Shown piece after piece: positions 28,483-38,510 of a stretch of 64,000 nt of DNA; position 1 is the stretch's first letter, and each line of letters starts with the position of its first letter. The notes beneath the pieces were generated by a model. It had not been told where the DNA came from. It saw only the letters and a program-made list of their open reading frames with translations, and made no database searches. Origin of the DNA: Promethearchaeota archaeon (GTDB lineage Archaea; Asgardarchaeota; Lokiarchaeia; Sigyniarchaeales; SOKP01). Made by a program: the position numbers and the translations under genes. The stretch covers positions 38,365 through 102,364 of the forward strand of contig JAEOTR010000062.1 in NCBI GenBank assembly GCA_016839705.1, read 5' to 3'.

Positions 28483-29622
28483 ATGATGAAACTTTTTATT
28501 TCACTTTTTATAACGTTTCTTATGGAAGCAGGAAATGATGATCAAATGGTAGATATTAAATTGCCAAACGATGTTTCTATTATAAAAACCAATGCGTTCA
28601 GAGTCTGGGTAGCACTTCTCATATTTACTTTAATTGAAGTGATCCTCATCTTTTACTTCGAACCTCTCTTGAGACTTAACTTTCCGGCCTTGAATCCTGA
28701 TACGGGTCCCGAAGATTATTATTGGAAATTGAACGTTCGAGACACATTAACCATGATAATCACTTGGACTTTTTACGGAGCACACCAAATTTCCGTGTGG
28801 ATAGTTATTTATTGGGCACATAAAAATTATCGCGAGAAAAAACTCGACAAAACGAAAATTCTTAAGTATACTATGCTGATGTCAGCCATCTTAATAGGAT
28901 TTACACTTCTTCACTTGCTTCAAACGCATATTTGGTATGATGGTCTTGCTCAAGATGTACCAATCTTAACAAGCCAAGGTAGTGTGATTGTAATGCTTTC
29001 GATTCTTTTAGTTATGCAAAATCCCAAGCGTGGTCTATTCTTTGGAAGAAAGGAAAAAAAACTAATGCGACCAGAAGTTGCAAAGACTTTCATGACAAGT
29101 CATCAAATAATTTTCAGTTGGGCATTAGTATATACGTTCTGGTTCCATCCGATGGAATCCTCCCCTGCCTTGCTCAGTGGATTCTTTTTCATGGGACTTT
29201 TGTTTATACAGATGACGTTAGCTTATACTCGCATACATTTGAATAAGTGGTGGGTGTTAATCGTGGAATCATATGTTGTTATCCATGCAACCATCGTAGC
29301 GATTGCTCAATGGATCGATTTTGATGCAGATCCTCCCATGTGGCCAATGTTTTTGCTTGGATTCCTTGCTATGCTAGTATTCACGTACATTCATGGACTA
29401 GGTTTGAAGAATTGGCTACGTTGGTCTATTATTGCTGCTTACTTCGTATTATTGATTTTCATGTATGTCCCCCAACCATTCGGTTTTGGTCGAGAGATCA
29501 CATATTTCCTCAGATTTGAGTTTCTATGGATTCCTATAATCTTGTTCCTCATAGCATTCATTGCTGCTGCTATTGCTCATATCTACTTGATTCTCAAAAA
29601 ACGAAGAGCTGGAAGTAATTGA
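28483..29622 (+). CDS. Conserved multi-pass membrane protein
   Basis: About 10 TM helices, YYWKL, HLLQTHIWYDGLAQDVP, YTFWFHPME; start may be 28522 or 28546. Confidence 0.75.
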   Translation: MMKLFISLFITFLMEAGNDDQMVDIKLPNDVSIIKTNAFRVWVALLIFTLIEVILIFYFEPLLRLNFPALNPDTGPEDYYWKLNVRDTLTMIITWTFYGAHQISVWIVIYWAHKNYREKKLDKTKILKYTMLMSAILIGFTLLHLLQTHIWYDGLAQDVPILTSQGSVIVMLSILLVMQNPKRGLFFGRKEKKLMRPEVAKTFMTSHQIIFSWALVYTFWFHPMESSPALLSGFFFMGLLFIQMTLAYTRIHLNKWWVLIVESYVVIHATIVAIAQWIDFDADPPMWPMFLLGFLAMLVFTYIHGLGLKNWLRWSIIAAYFVLLIFMYVPQPFGFGREITYFLRFEFLWIPIILFLIAFIAAAIAHIYLILKKRRAGSN

Positions 29623-29686
29623 TTTATACCTACAAATAATGTTCTCAAATATAATTTGAGGACTACAAAATATTATGAATAAATAC

Positions 29687-30547
29687 TCACTGTTTATTTC
29701 TTAATAAACTTGCTTTATTATGTGCGTCTAAAGCACCTTCAAGATCACCCACTTTTTTGAGAATTAAGCTTAAGTCCTCCCATGTTTCATCATCCTCCGG
29801 GTCAAGTTCAAGTACTTTTTTATATGCCTTTATCGCACCCTCAAAATCTCCTTTCTCCTCTAAAGCTACAGCAAGATTATACCAAGCAAGTTCGATGTTT
29901 GGATCGAGTTCAAGTGCTTTATTATACGACTCAATTTCACCCTCATAATCACCGTTTTGCCCAAGTATTAATCCCAGATTGTACCACGCTTTTTCATCAT
30001 TAACATCAATCTCTATCGTCTTTTCAAACGCCCTCTGCGCTTCATCAAATTGTTCTGTCTGAATATAAACGGTTCCCTTGTTGAGCCATGCTTGAGAATC
30101 AAGTGGATTAAGTTCAAGAACCTTCTTGTAGGCTATTAATGCATTCTCGAAATTTTCCATTCTACCAAATGCTACTCCTAGATCAAACCAGATATCGGTA
30201 TCTTCTGAATTGAGCTTTATCGCTTTCTTGTAAGCATCAATCGCTCCCTCAAAATCGCCTGTCTCTTCTAAAACTACCCCAAGGTTGACCCATATTTCCA
30301 TATTTTCGGGATCGAGTCCAAGTGCTTTCTCGTAGGCTTTAATCTCTGCTTGAAAATCTCCATTCCGACCATAGACTAATCCTAAATTAATCCAAGCTAC
30401 TGCTTCTTTTGGATTTAATTTTAAACCTTTAGTGAAAGCCTCAATTGCTCCAGTAAAATCTCCTTTTTCACCAAGTTTTACTCCTAGATCAAATAACTCC
30501 TCAGGATCCTCTGAAACCGCCACTCTCACTAAATCTTGATCTTTCAT
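29687..30547 (-). CDS. Tetratricopeptide-repeat protein
   Basis: About 8 canonical TPRs (AWxNLG...A..AYKKALELDP). Confidence 0.95.
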   Translation of the reverse strand: MKDQDLVRVAVSEDPEELFDLGVKLGEKGDFTGAIEAFTKGLKLNPKEAVAWINLGLVYGRNGDFQAEIKAYEKALGLDPENMEIWVNLGVVLEETGDFEGAIDAYKKAIKLNSEDTDIWFDLGVAFGRMENFENALIAYKKVLELNPLDSQAWLNKGTVYIQTEQFDEAQRAFEKTIEIDVNDEKAWYNLGLILGQNGDYEGEIESYNKALELDPNIELAWYNLAVALEEKGDFEGAIKAYKKVLELDPEDDETWEDLSLILKKVGDLEGALDAHNKASLLRNKQ

Positions 30548-30757
30548 TGCTGCTCCCTCGTTCTATTAGGAGTAAAAAAATTTAATACATTATACAATTA
30601 GAATTTTTACCGAATTAATAAAACTTCCATTTTTAGATTATATAGTATGCTGTTAAATTAGGAAAGAACCCAAGGTTGTTTCACTCATTTTACTAAATTG
30701 AGTAAGAAACATTTTAAATTTGATAAGTTAGGACTTATACTTGAATCAAGAATGAGA

Positions 30758-31258
30758 TTAATACATTTTAATTGTATTCAAGATGTCATCAACGTAAAAA
30801 ATATTTTCTTGACTTAGTTCCTCTTTTAATGCATTTGCTAACGAATATCTAAATGCCCACAACTCCACATCTTTATCCAATTCTTTTAATTTTTTTACGA
30901 TAGGAACAAAATCGCCATCTCCAGAAACTAACACCGCTCTATCATAGGCATTTTCATATCCAAGGGAGACAACATCAATCGCAATTTGGATATCAACTTT
31001 TTTCTCAATAGCTCCACTTAAAGCAATCTTATCAAAACTCGCGTTTATCACATATCCACTTTTTTCACTTAACTGGTTATACCACTTTTTCTTCTCAGGG
31101 CTCATAGGATACACGACTCCTTCATATAAATGTATAGCTTGCAATTCTCTGTCTCTGGTTATGACATTCTTCAGTTTTTCGTAGTCCACTTTAATGTTAT
31201 ACTTTCTAAAACCCTGAAAAATGTTGCTATTATCAATGAAAACTGTGATCCGTTCCAA
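30758..31258 (-). CDS. NYN-domain (LabA/DUF88, PIN-fold) protein
   Basis: VFIDNSNI, EKKVDIQIAID, LVSGDGDFVP. Confidence 0.92.
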   Translation of the reverse strand: MERITVFIDNSNIFQGFRKYNIKVDYEKLKNVITRDRELQAIHLYEGVVYPMSPEKKKWYNQLSEKSGYVINASFDKIALSGAIEKKVDIQIAIDVVSLGYENAYDRAVLVSGDGDFVPIVKKLKELDKDVELWAFRYSLANALKEELSQENIFYVDDILNTIKMY

Positions 31259-31393
31259 TTCAATACTCCTTTTGCTCTTATAATAAGAAAATTAATTATT
31301 GTATATTAAAATAATATTAAAAAAAAGTTAATTGAAGTAATAATTTTAACGATTACAAGATTTTTATTAAAAATTCAATTAATTTTGTCTTGT

Positions 31394-32101
31394 TTATTGT
31401 CTTTTACGGGAAACTTCTCTAACAGAGATAGGTTTTTCAAACATAAGTTCATATATTATATTTGCTCTTCTCTGGATGCTATCCCTTTCAGGAGTCTTAT
31501 TTCCTTGATATTTTTGATATCTCTCTATCGCAATCTTCCTCCATTTCTTGTCCCAAGATGGAGATCCCGTCTTAACATAACGTTCACGATTTGGAAAATC
31601 TCGACAGACCCAATTAAAAGAAATGAAATATCTTTTAGCACCCGCTTCTTCTGTAAGGTTACGAGAAGTTATTCCAAGTTTTCTAAGGTGTTGGATATAT
31701 CTACCTTCCACAGCATTTTGAAGAACACCTTCAATGATAGCAGGTTCGTAATATATATTGTTCTCTTTAAAATATTCTCGAACAAGATTGAAACAATCAC
31801 CTCTACATAGAAGGATCCTATCTCCCTTGCCGTGCTTAAGAGCTTTAAGTCCTTTCTTTACTGCATTTACTATATATTTCTTTGGGGGATCACCATCTTT
31901 ATTGCCTTGCTTATAGAGTGCTACGGGAACGGATTGAAATATTATTTTTCCAGTATCTGAATCCCTAAAGCCAATAAAGGCATCTCCAACGAGATCTCCT
32001 GTCCCAGCGTCATCAATTTCTATTGTTCTTCCCTTCCACTCGCTGGGATTAATAGTGGATTGGCACGACTCATCATCGCCTTTTTCTTTTTTTGTCTTCA
32101 T
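31394..32101 (-). CDS. Uncharacterised protein with RNase HII-like N-terminal motif
   Basis: IEIDDAGTGDLVG resembles RNase HII GIDEAGRGPVIG; CRG, KTG and W motifs. Confidence 0.55.
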   Translation of the reverse strand: MKTKKEKGDDESCQSTINPSEWKGRTIEIDDAGTGDLVGDAFIGFRDSDTGKIIFQSVPVALYKQGNKDGDPPKKYIVNAVKKGLKALKHGKGDRILLCRGDCFNLVREYFKENNIYYEPAIIEGVLQNAVEGRYIQHLRKLGITSRNLTEEAGAKRYFISFNWVCRDFPNRERYVKTGSPSWDKKWRKIAIERYQKYQGNKTPERDSIQRRANIIYELMFEKPISVREVSRKRQ

Positions 32102-32246
32102 TAATTATTAAATATAATTAGGCTCATAAATATCTTGGGATTTTAGTTTATAGATTTTTATGCGTTTAAAACAATTTAAGATGATACCATCATTTAATAT
32201 CTGAAAACCTAAACATTATTAAGAATGGGTATAATCTATTTTAATT

Positions 32247-33224
32247 ATGAAACTCGAAAATTTTGATATTTTCTATATAGTTGGCTTAGCTGGAACCACC
32301 ATTTTTATGATATTGGAACTCATCTTAGGATTTGTCAACTTGAATATCACTTTTCTAATTTTCTTTTGGACGATGAAACTACTTTCCGGCTTTGGGTTAA
32401 TAATAACTGTGGCAAATGGGATTCTTTGGCTTTTAAACCGTTTTACCGAAAAATTAAGTAAAAAAGAAGTCCAAATTCTGGTAATTATCCAAGTGATCAT
32501 TCCCGGAATTTTAGCAGGTTATGCTATATACACTATTGTTTCAAACTTACCTCCCACAGCTCCGTTGACAGGATTCAGCTATTGGATTGATCTCCTTTTA
32601 TTTCTCTATGGTATTCTTTCATTGATACTCTCACTATATATATTTCCTTTAATTCGAGAAGAATTTCAAGATGCGGTAGATCAAGGATTCTTTAAACGCC
32701 TTAAAAAAGGTGGAAAAGGAATCGGTCGAAAGCTTAAAAAAAGATATTTCTCCTGGAGAGGTAAATATGCGAAAGTTCAAATTCAAGACCAAATGTCAAT
32801 CGGGGAAGTACTAGAAATCTGGAGAAATCGATTTGCAGTCTACTTACTTATCCCAATAACAATAGGATCCCTCATTTTTACCCCGGTGGCTTTCATCTGT
32901 ATTGTATACTGGTTAAAAGTAATAGTGTTTGATAAAGGTGAACCGAAAAAATACGAAAGAATTGCTTTGCTAGCATCTATGATATGGATCGCTTTAATTG
33001 CTTCCATTTCTTACATTTTCGACTTAGTGTTCTTTAGTTCAATACAACCATTATTCTGGACAATACAAATATTTTACTTAATTGGAATTCTTATTTCTAG
33101 CGGCATCTTCATTTACCAATTTATTAAGCTGAAGGGAATTACAATAAAGAAAATCAGGGAAGAAATTAAAGAACGAAGGGAAGATAAAAAGGAAGAAGTT
33201 GAAGAATCGGAAAATACAGATTAA
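32247..33224 (+). CDS. Multi-pass membrane protein
   Basis: About 7 TM helices with a basic internal loop. Confidence 0.75.
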   Translation: MKLENFDIFYIVGLAGTTIFMILELILGFVNLNITFLIFFWTMKLLSGFGLIITVANGILWLLNRFTEKLSKKEVQILVIIQVIIPGILAGYAIYTIVSNLPPTAPLTGFSYWIDLLLFLYGILSLILSLYIFPLIREEFQDAVDQGFFKRLKKGGKGIGRKLKKRYFSWRGKYAKVQIQDQMSIGEVLEIWRNRFAVYLLIPITIGSLIFTPVAFICIVYWLKVIVFDKGEPKKYERIALLASMIWIALIASISYIFDLVFFSSIQPLFWTIQIFYLIGILISSGIFIYQFIKLKGITIKKIREEIKERREDKKEEVEESENTD

Positions 33225-33256
33225 AATTGCTTAAACCTACGTTTTCCTTTTTTTTT

Positions 33257-33859
33257 TTATTTTTTTTTTCCATAAATCCAATATTGATATTCTCCTCCCC
33301 TTTCCAAAACTGCTTCAGAGATTATTGAGAAACCTGCTTTGTTTACGAGATTAAGAGTGGTATTTGGGCTGAAATTACTCCAAAACATTGGAACTCCAAA
33401 AAATCTGCTTGTACCTTCTGATTCGGAGACTCCTGTATTAATCAATAAAATACCACCAGGTTTTAAGATTTCAAAGAATTTTTTGAATATATTGAAATGG
33501 TTTTCCTTAGGAACATGAAAGAGAGCAAAGACACTTATTATCCCCTCAAATGTGTTTTCATTAAATTCTAACTCATTCATATCCATTTTAATGAATTCTG
33601 CATTGGGTACATTCTTTCGAGCTAGATTCAACATTGTATCAGATACATCAATCCCAGTCACTTTAATTCCTTTTTTTACTAAGAATTTAGCCGTAGGAAT
33701 ACCCGCACCGCATCCTACATCTAATACATGAGCATTATCTGAGAGGAGTGATATAAATTTCTCTAACTCATTATTAAATTTGTTTAAATTCCTGTGAGTA
33801 TAATAATCTGCAGCGATTTTATTGTATCCTTGTTCTACTAGTTTACTGATTTCATTCAT
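33257..33859 (-). CDS. Class I SAM-dependent methyltransferase
   Basis: VLDVGCGAG, GIDVS, LKPGG. Confidence 0.92.
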   Translation of the reverse strand: MNEISKLVEQGYNKIAADYYTHRNLNKFNNELEKFISLLSDNAHVLDVGCGAGIPTAKFLVKKGIKVTGIDVSDTMLNLARKNVPNAEFIKMDMNELEFNENTFEGIISVFALFHVPKENHFNIFKKFFEILKPGGILLINTGVSESEGTSRFFGVPMFWSNFSPNTTLNLVNKAGFSIISEAVLERGGEYQYWIYGKKK

Positions 33860-33966
33860 ATTTCTAATAAAAAAAATAGATCTTAAGTAGGCATTGTTAA
33901 TAATTTATTATTTATATTGACTAAAACAGCTATAAAATTTAATGTGAATAAGTCAAGGATTTATGA

Positions 33967-34434
33967 TTATAAACAAGGGATCTCTTCAACTTTTCCACAA
34001 TTTTCAATTTTATCATATTTATTTCTGTTAGATTGAAAGTGAACTAGAATTTCAGAATCTTTGATTTCTGGCATCTTTTCGAATAAATTTTTATCCCCCT
34101 CTCGAATTACCTGCAAAACAAGCGGTAAATGATGTCTAAAAATTCTATCTCGCAACCCCGCCCAACCAAAACAAAAACCTCCACTAACATGCATAAGAAG
34201 ATGGAGTTCATAATTTTTATTTTTTTGTTGCCATTCCGCTAATACCTCGTCCCTCATAAATCGTGTGTATCGACTTGATATTTGCTCATAATCATAATCA
34301 GCTCCTATTGTAAGGAAAAGATCCCCCGTTGAATCAGAATGAGTTAAGGTATATTTTCGAGGCATAGTTAATTTATACGGATCTACCGAGTCCTTATAGA
34401 CAACGTGTAATTTCTCAGGGTTCAAATCTGACAT
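33967..34434 (-). CDS. Stay-green (SGR) family protein, Mg-dechelatase homolog
   Basis: PRKYTLTHSDSTG, RDEVLAEW, HVSGG, LRDRIF..HLPLVL..I..GD motifs. Confidence 0.92.
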   Translation of the reverse strand: MSDLNPEKLHVVYKDSVDPYKLTMPRKYTLTHSDSTGDLFLTIGADYDYEQISSRYTRFMRDEVLAEWQQKNKNYELHLLMHVSGGFCFGWAGLRDRIFRHHLPLVLQVIREGDKNLFEKMPEIKDSEILVHFQSNRNKYDKIENCGKVEEIPCL

Positions 34435-34578
34435 TTTTATGTATTGAGTATTTTAAATAAGCGTTTAAATCTTTTACTTATGAATTATAAATATATTTTT
34501 GAAGCAAATCTTCTCTAAATTCAAATATCAAAATTTAGAAGTACAATTAAATAAATAAAAAAAAAGATTAGATTTTAC

Positions 34579-35385
34579 TTAAGCTGGTTGTAATACTCCC
34601 GCAAATACTAGCCATGCCAAAAGAGTTTTAGACCATAAACTGAGCAAAATGTATCCACGTTCTCCAAATAAATAATCTCTCCATTTTCCTACTTTTTTAT
34701 ATTGAAGGATCATATTGATCGGAAAAGTATTGAAGAAAAACACATAGGATCCAAAGATTGCCCATACAAACCATGGGATTTGAGTAATATTTCCATTGCC
34801 AAATAAATACAAAAGTATGATTATCCAAGGCATAATTCCTGCAAACACACCGATGTAAAAGGCTGTCCAGTTCGTTTTCTCAGTTTTTTGATTATGGATC
34901 TCCATCATTAATCCTAAAAGATTCATGGTGGCGTTGATAGCAAAAATTAGTATTAAACTGGAAAGATCATAGACCCCAAAAAACCATGCAATTAAAACAA
35001 TCATCAGGGATGAGCTTAAAGCATATTCAAACCATCGAAAGTAATTGATGCCCTCCTCCAATTTTCTATTATAGAAATCGTTAACTCTAGGTAATACTAT
35101 TAAAAGATGCGCAATCGCAGAGAGAAATAGAAATATTGAAACGAGAGGACCAACTGGAACTGTTGTTAATTGAATATAATTAGGTTGGAGTATTTCTAAG
35201 ACTTCGTTATATGATAGGTAAGCTGTCGTAATGGGTAGCTCAAAATCTCTTATTTTAGGCACTGTAAGAGCTAAAATCAGCATTATACTGGCTTGAATTA
35301 AATGCAATAATCCCATGATTAAGTTAAATCGTTTTAAATATGGGAAGGTTATGCTAGATTCTGTTCTTTTATTCATAATATTCAT
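34579..35385 (-). CDS. heR: Heliorhodopsin
   Basis: LKRFNLIMGLLHLIQA, AIAH, NYFRWFEYALSSSLM, FFNTFPINMILQY, GERGYILLSLWSKTLLAW (retinal Lys). Confidence 0.95.
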   Translation of the reverse strand: MNIMNKRTESSITFPYLKRFNLIMGLLHLIQASIMLILALTVPKIRDFELPITTAYLSYNEVLEILQPNYIQLTTVPVGPLVSIFLFLSAIAHLLIVLPRVNDFYNRKLEEGINYFRWFEYALSSSLMIVLIAWFFGVYDLSSLILIFAINATMNLLGLMMEIHNQKTEKTNWTAFYIGVFAGIMPWIIILLYLFGNGNITQIPWFVWAIFGSYVFFFNTFPINMILQYKKVGKWRDYLFGERGYILLSLWSKTLLAWLVFAGVLQPA

Positions 35386-35614
35386 TTTATGTATAAATTT
35401 TTTAAATTTTGAATAGATACTTTTGTATAAAAAATTGATCTATATAATTTATAAAACTTGGGAAGCAAACTAAATTTGTCCTTATTCTGAGGTTTTTATT
35501 TAGAAGACCGCTTATAGCTTATTCTTATGAATTATTAATGTAAACTATAAAAGATTGGATAAAATAAAAGATAGTAATAACGTTATCGTTTTAAACATAA
35601 TAAAAATCTTTTAG

Positions 35615-36445
35615 ATGATATTCATGACTTCTTTAAAAGACAAAACACTGTTCATTACGGGTGCAAGTAGGGGAATTGGAAAAGCTATTGCTTTGAGAGC
35701 AGCTCAAGATGGAGCAAATATAGCGGTGGTAGCTAAAACCAAAGAACCACAACCAAAATTACCCGGAACTGTCTATACTGCTGTAGAAGATATTAAAAAT
35801 GCAGGTGGGGATGCCATTCCATGTATTACGGATATCCGGTTTGAAGAACAAATCCAGACAGCCATTGATGCGACAATTCATAAATTTGGTGGTATAGACA
35901 TCCTTGTTAATAATGCGAGTGCGATTTCTTTATCCCCCACTTTAGAACTAGAGATGAAGAGATTTGATCTCATGTTTTCTGTTAATGTACGGGGAACTTT
36001 CTTAAGTTCAAAGTTATGTATTCCTTATTTAAAAAAGGCTGAAAATCCTCATATATTAAATTTATCACCTCCCTTAAATTTAGACCCAAAATGGTTTAAG
36101 AATAACGTAGCCTACACAATAGCTAAATATGGGATGAGCATGTGTGTTTTAGGAATGGCTGAAGAATTTAAAAACGACGGGATTGCTGTAAACGCTCTAT
36201 GGCCTCGAACACCAATCGCAACCGCTGCTGTAAAAAATTTGCTGGGTGGACGATCCACAATTAAGCATTCAAGGATTCCGGAAATTGTAGCTGATGCGGC
36301 ATATCTTATTGTCACAAAACCAAGTAGAGAATGTACAGGTAATTTTTTTATTGACGAGGAAATTCTTTTGGAAAATGGAATAACCGACTTAGAAAAATAT
36401 TCTGTAGAACCTAAAGCTGAGCTTTATCAAGATTTTTTTCTCTAA
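35615..36445 (+). CDS. SDR oxidoreductase, HSDL2-like
   Basis: FITGASRGIG, PKLPGTVYTA, NNASAISL, PHILNLSPPL, YTIAKYGMS, NALWPRT. Confidence 0.92.
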   Translation: MIFMTSLKDKTLFITGASRGIGKAIALRAAQDGANIAVVAKTKEPQPKLPGTVYTAVEDIKNAGGDAIPCITDIRFEEQIQTAIDATIHKFGGIDILVNNASAISLSPTLELEMKRFDLMFSVNVRGTFLSSKLCIPYLKKAENPHILNLSPPLNLDPKWFKNNVAYTIAKYGMSMCVLGMAEEFKNDGIAVNALWPRTPIATAAVKNLLGGRSTIKHSRIPEIVADAAYLIVTKPSRECTGNFFIDEEILLENGITDLEKYSVEPKAELYQDFFL

Positions 36446-36449
36446 ATAC

Positions 36450-37094
36450 TTAGTGATTAAACAACTTGGGAAAAAATCTTCCGGTGTATTTCATATAATC
36501 TCTGTATTCATCTTCGAATGATGATAATAACAAAATTCTCTCTTCATCTAGTGCTAATAGATATAAACCAATCCCTCCGAATAGGTATATAATTAACAAA
36601 ACCCAATCCAATAAGATAAGATTGAATCCTATTGAAAAGATATTAAATGAGAGGTAAACCGGGTGCCTGATCTTGCTGTAGATTCCTGTTTTTACAATTT
36701 TTTTGGTTTTTGTCCCACCATCAATCGGGTAAGCCCAAGATGTCCCTAATTCGCGATAAGAATAAAATAGTATAATGTTACCAATCAGTACTAAACTGAA
36801 TCCCCCGAAATTAATTAGGAAATCCATCGAAAAATGAAAGATTCTTGGTAAAACGGTACTAAACCAATTATAAAAAATAATATTTAAGAAACATAAAATA
36901 ATGAAAATATTCATTACCATTACCCCAATTCTTGACACTAATCGGGGTTTATCAAAATTATCCTTTTGTCCACTAGAATCATTAGGGGAATTATTCCTGC
37001 CTTTAATTTTCTTTTTAATTATATATACTTGATTAAATCCAAAAAATATGAAACCGAAACCAATTAAAGCTTTCACAATAGAAGATTCTAACAT
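36450..37094 (-). CDS. Isoprenylcysteine carboxylmethyltransferase/PEMT family membrane protein
   Basis: LGTSW, GIYSKIRHPVY, EERIL...Y..Y...TGRFFP. Confidence 0.85.
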   Translation of the reverse strand: MLESSIVKALIGFGFIFFGFNQVYIIKKKIKGRNNSPNDSSGQKDNFDKPRLVSRIGVMVMNIFIILCFLNIIFYNWFSTVLPRIFHFSMDFLINFGGFSLVLIGNIILFYSYRELGTSWAYPIDGGTKTKKIVKTGIYSKIRHPVYLSFNIFSIGFNLILLDWVLLIIYLFGGIGLYLLALDEERILLLSSFEDEYRDYMKYTGRFFPKLFNH

Positions 37095-37283
37095 CTTGGA
37101 TAGTGCGATAGTTTTTCTCCTTAAAATTCTATATCATAAAAATTATGTAAATTAAAATAAGGTAGTTTAATTTTTATCTTTTTATTATTGATTCTATACA
37201 GATATCAATTTAAGCAATTTACAGACGAAAATTAAAAAAAAGAGAAAAAAATTATTTTTAAAATAATATTATTTTTATAACTC

Positions 37284-38069
37284 CTATTTCTTTGCTCTAT
37301 ATGCTGTATAGATTATACCCACAGCGATTAGAATTATGGCAATTATCGCGGTAATTGTAATGGTTAAATTAAGACCTAGCTGTTTGAGAAATATTCCAAA
37401 TGTTGCCCATAATACCACAAGGCTATAAGCATAATCTTTTCTTAAGAATAACATCACAAATGTAATTAATACTGCTACGGAAATAACCAGTATTGTTAAG
37501 ATTTCAGCTAGTAATCCAAAACTCTCTACACCTGCGTTGACTAACACAGCCGTAACATTTGCTATAGTTGCCACTGTTATCCATCCAAGATATATACTGA
37601 AAGGTGTATACACAAACCATTTCTCTTTCCTAGTCACTTCAATCTTGCCAACATCAAGCCTTAAATATATCCATAGTAATGATAACAATATAACTATCAT
37701 TGCTACTATTGAAAGATAGATTAGCCCATAATGCCAGAAAAAAATCCAAAATATATTAGCAATATTACTTAGAATGAAAAGATAGCTAATTTTTTCAAGA
37801 AAAGGCATTTCAACTTTCTCATCTTTAACTACATCGCGAATTTGATATACCACAAATATTCCGAGGAACGCATATATAACTCCCCATATACTAAATGTTA
37901 TTCCAGCGGGTACAAATAAATTAGGATACAAATCAGAGATATAACCAGTATTACCTAGACCTAATGGAACAGAAGCTGCAACATAATTAATTATCACTGT
38001 TAATATTAGTGTTGTTAAATTTAAGACTTGTAAAATCAATTTCTTCTTATCATCAATCATTTTTATCAC
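37284..38069 (-). CDS. TspO/MBR-related tryptophan-rich membrane protein
   Basis: ISDLYPNLFVPAGITFSIWGVIY, NIFWIFFWHY, PFSIYLGWITVATIAN. Confidence 0.75.
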   Translation of the reverse strand: MIKMIDDKKKLILQVLNLTTLILTVIINYVAASVPLGLGNTGYISDLYPNLFVPAGITFSIWGVIYAFLGIFVVYQIRDVVKDEKVEMPFLEKISYLFILSNIANIFWIFFWHYGLIYLSIVAMIVILLSLLWIYLRLDVGKIEVTRKEKWFVYTPFSIYLGWITVATIANVTAVLVNAGVESFGLLAEILTILVISVAVLITFVMLFLRKDYAYSLVVLWATFGIFLKQLGLNLTITITAIIAIILIAVGIIYTAYRAKK

Positions 38070-38510
38070 AGATTATTATTTATCGAAAACTAGATTTTAC
38101 CTATATAAATTAAATTTTCTTAAGTATAAGATAGTGTTGATTATAAATTAAAGAGAGAAAAAATATACACATTATAACCTATAGTAAGAATACGAGTATA
38201 GCATAATAAATTATTATATTTAGTTTTGATATACCAGATAACCTACTAGGATATAAAAGTAAAATAACATATAAGTAAGGTTTATTTCTAGTAATTTCTT
38301 ACTCGAAATTTTTTGGAATCGAAGAGTTAAAGAAAGATATACATTTCTGAGATATGTCTTATTCTTGTCCTAATGTTTATTCGAAAATATTTAACAATTT
38401 ATTAACAAGAAAGAATATTCAAATTTTTCCTAATTATTATTTATTCTTTGTAAAATTATTGAATATTTTATTATCTGAAGTCTTAATACTTTTTTTTAAC
38501 CTTTCTATTT

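Noticed and set aside
31385-31810. 141-aa plus-strand ORF and other ORFs nested antisense to long genes (e.g. 21866, 26950, 54819, 59757)
   Set aside because: Antisense shadows of well-supported genes, with no motifs of their own
36450-37094. ICMT-family gene as evidence for GTPase prenylation
   Set aside because: None of the three GTPases ends in a CaaX, CC or CxC motif, and this family is widespread in prokaryotes
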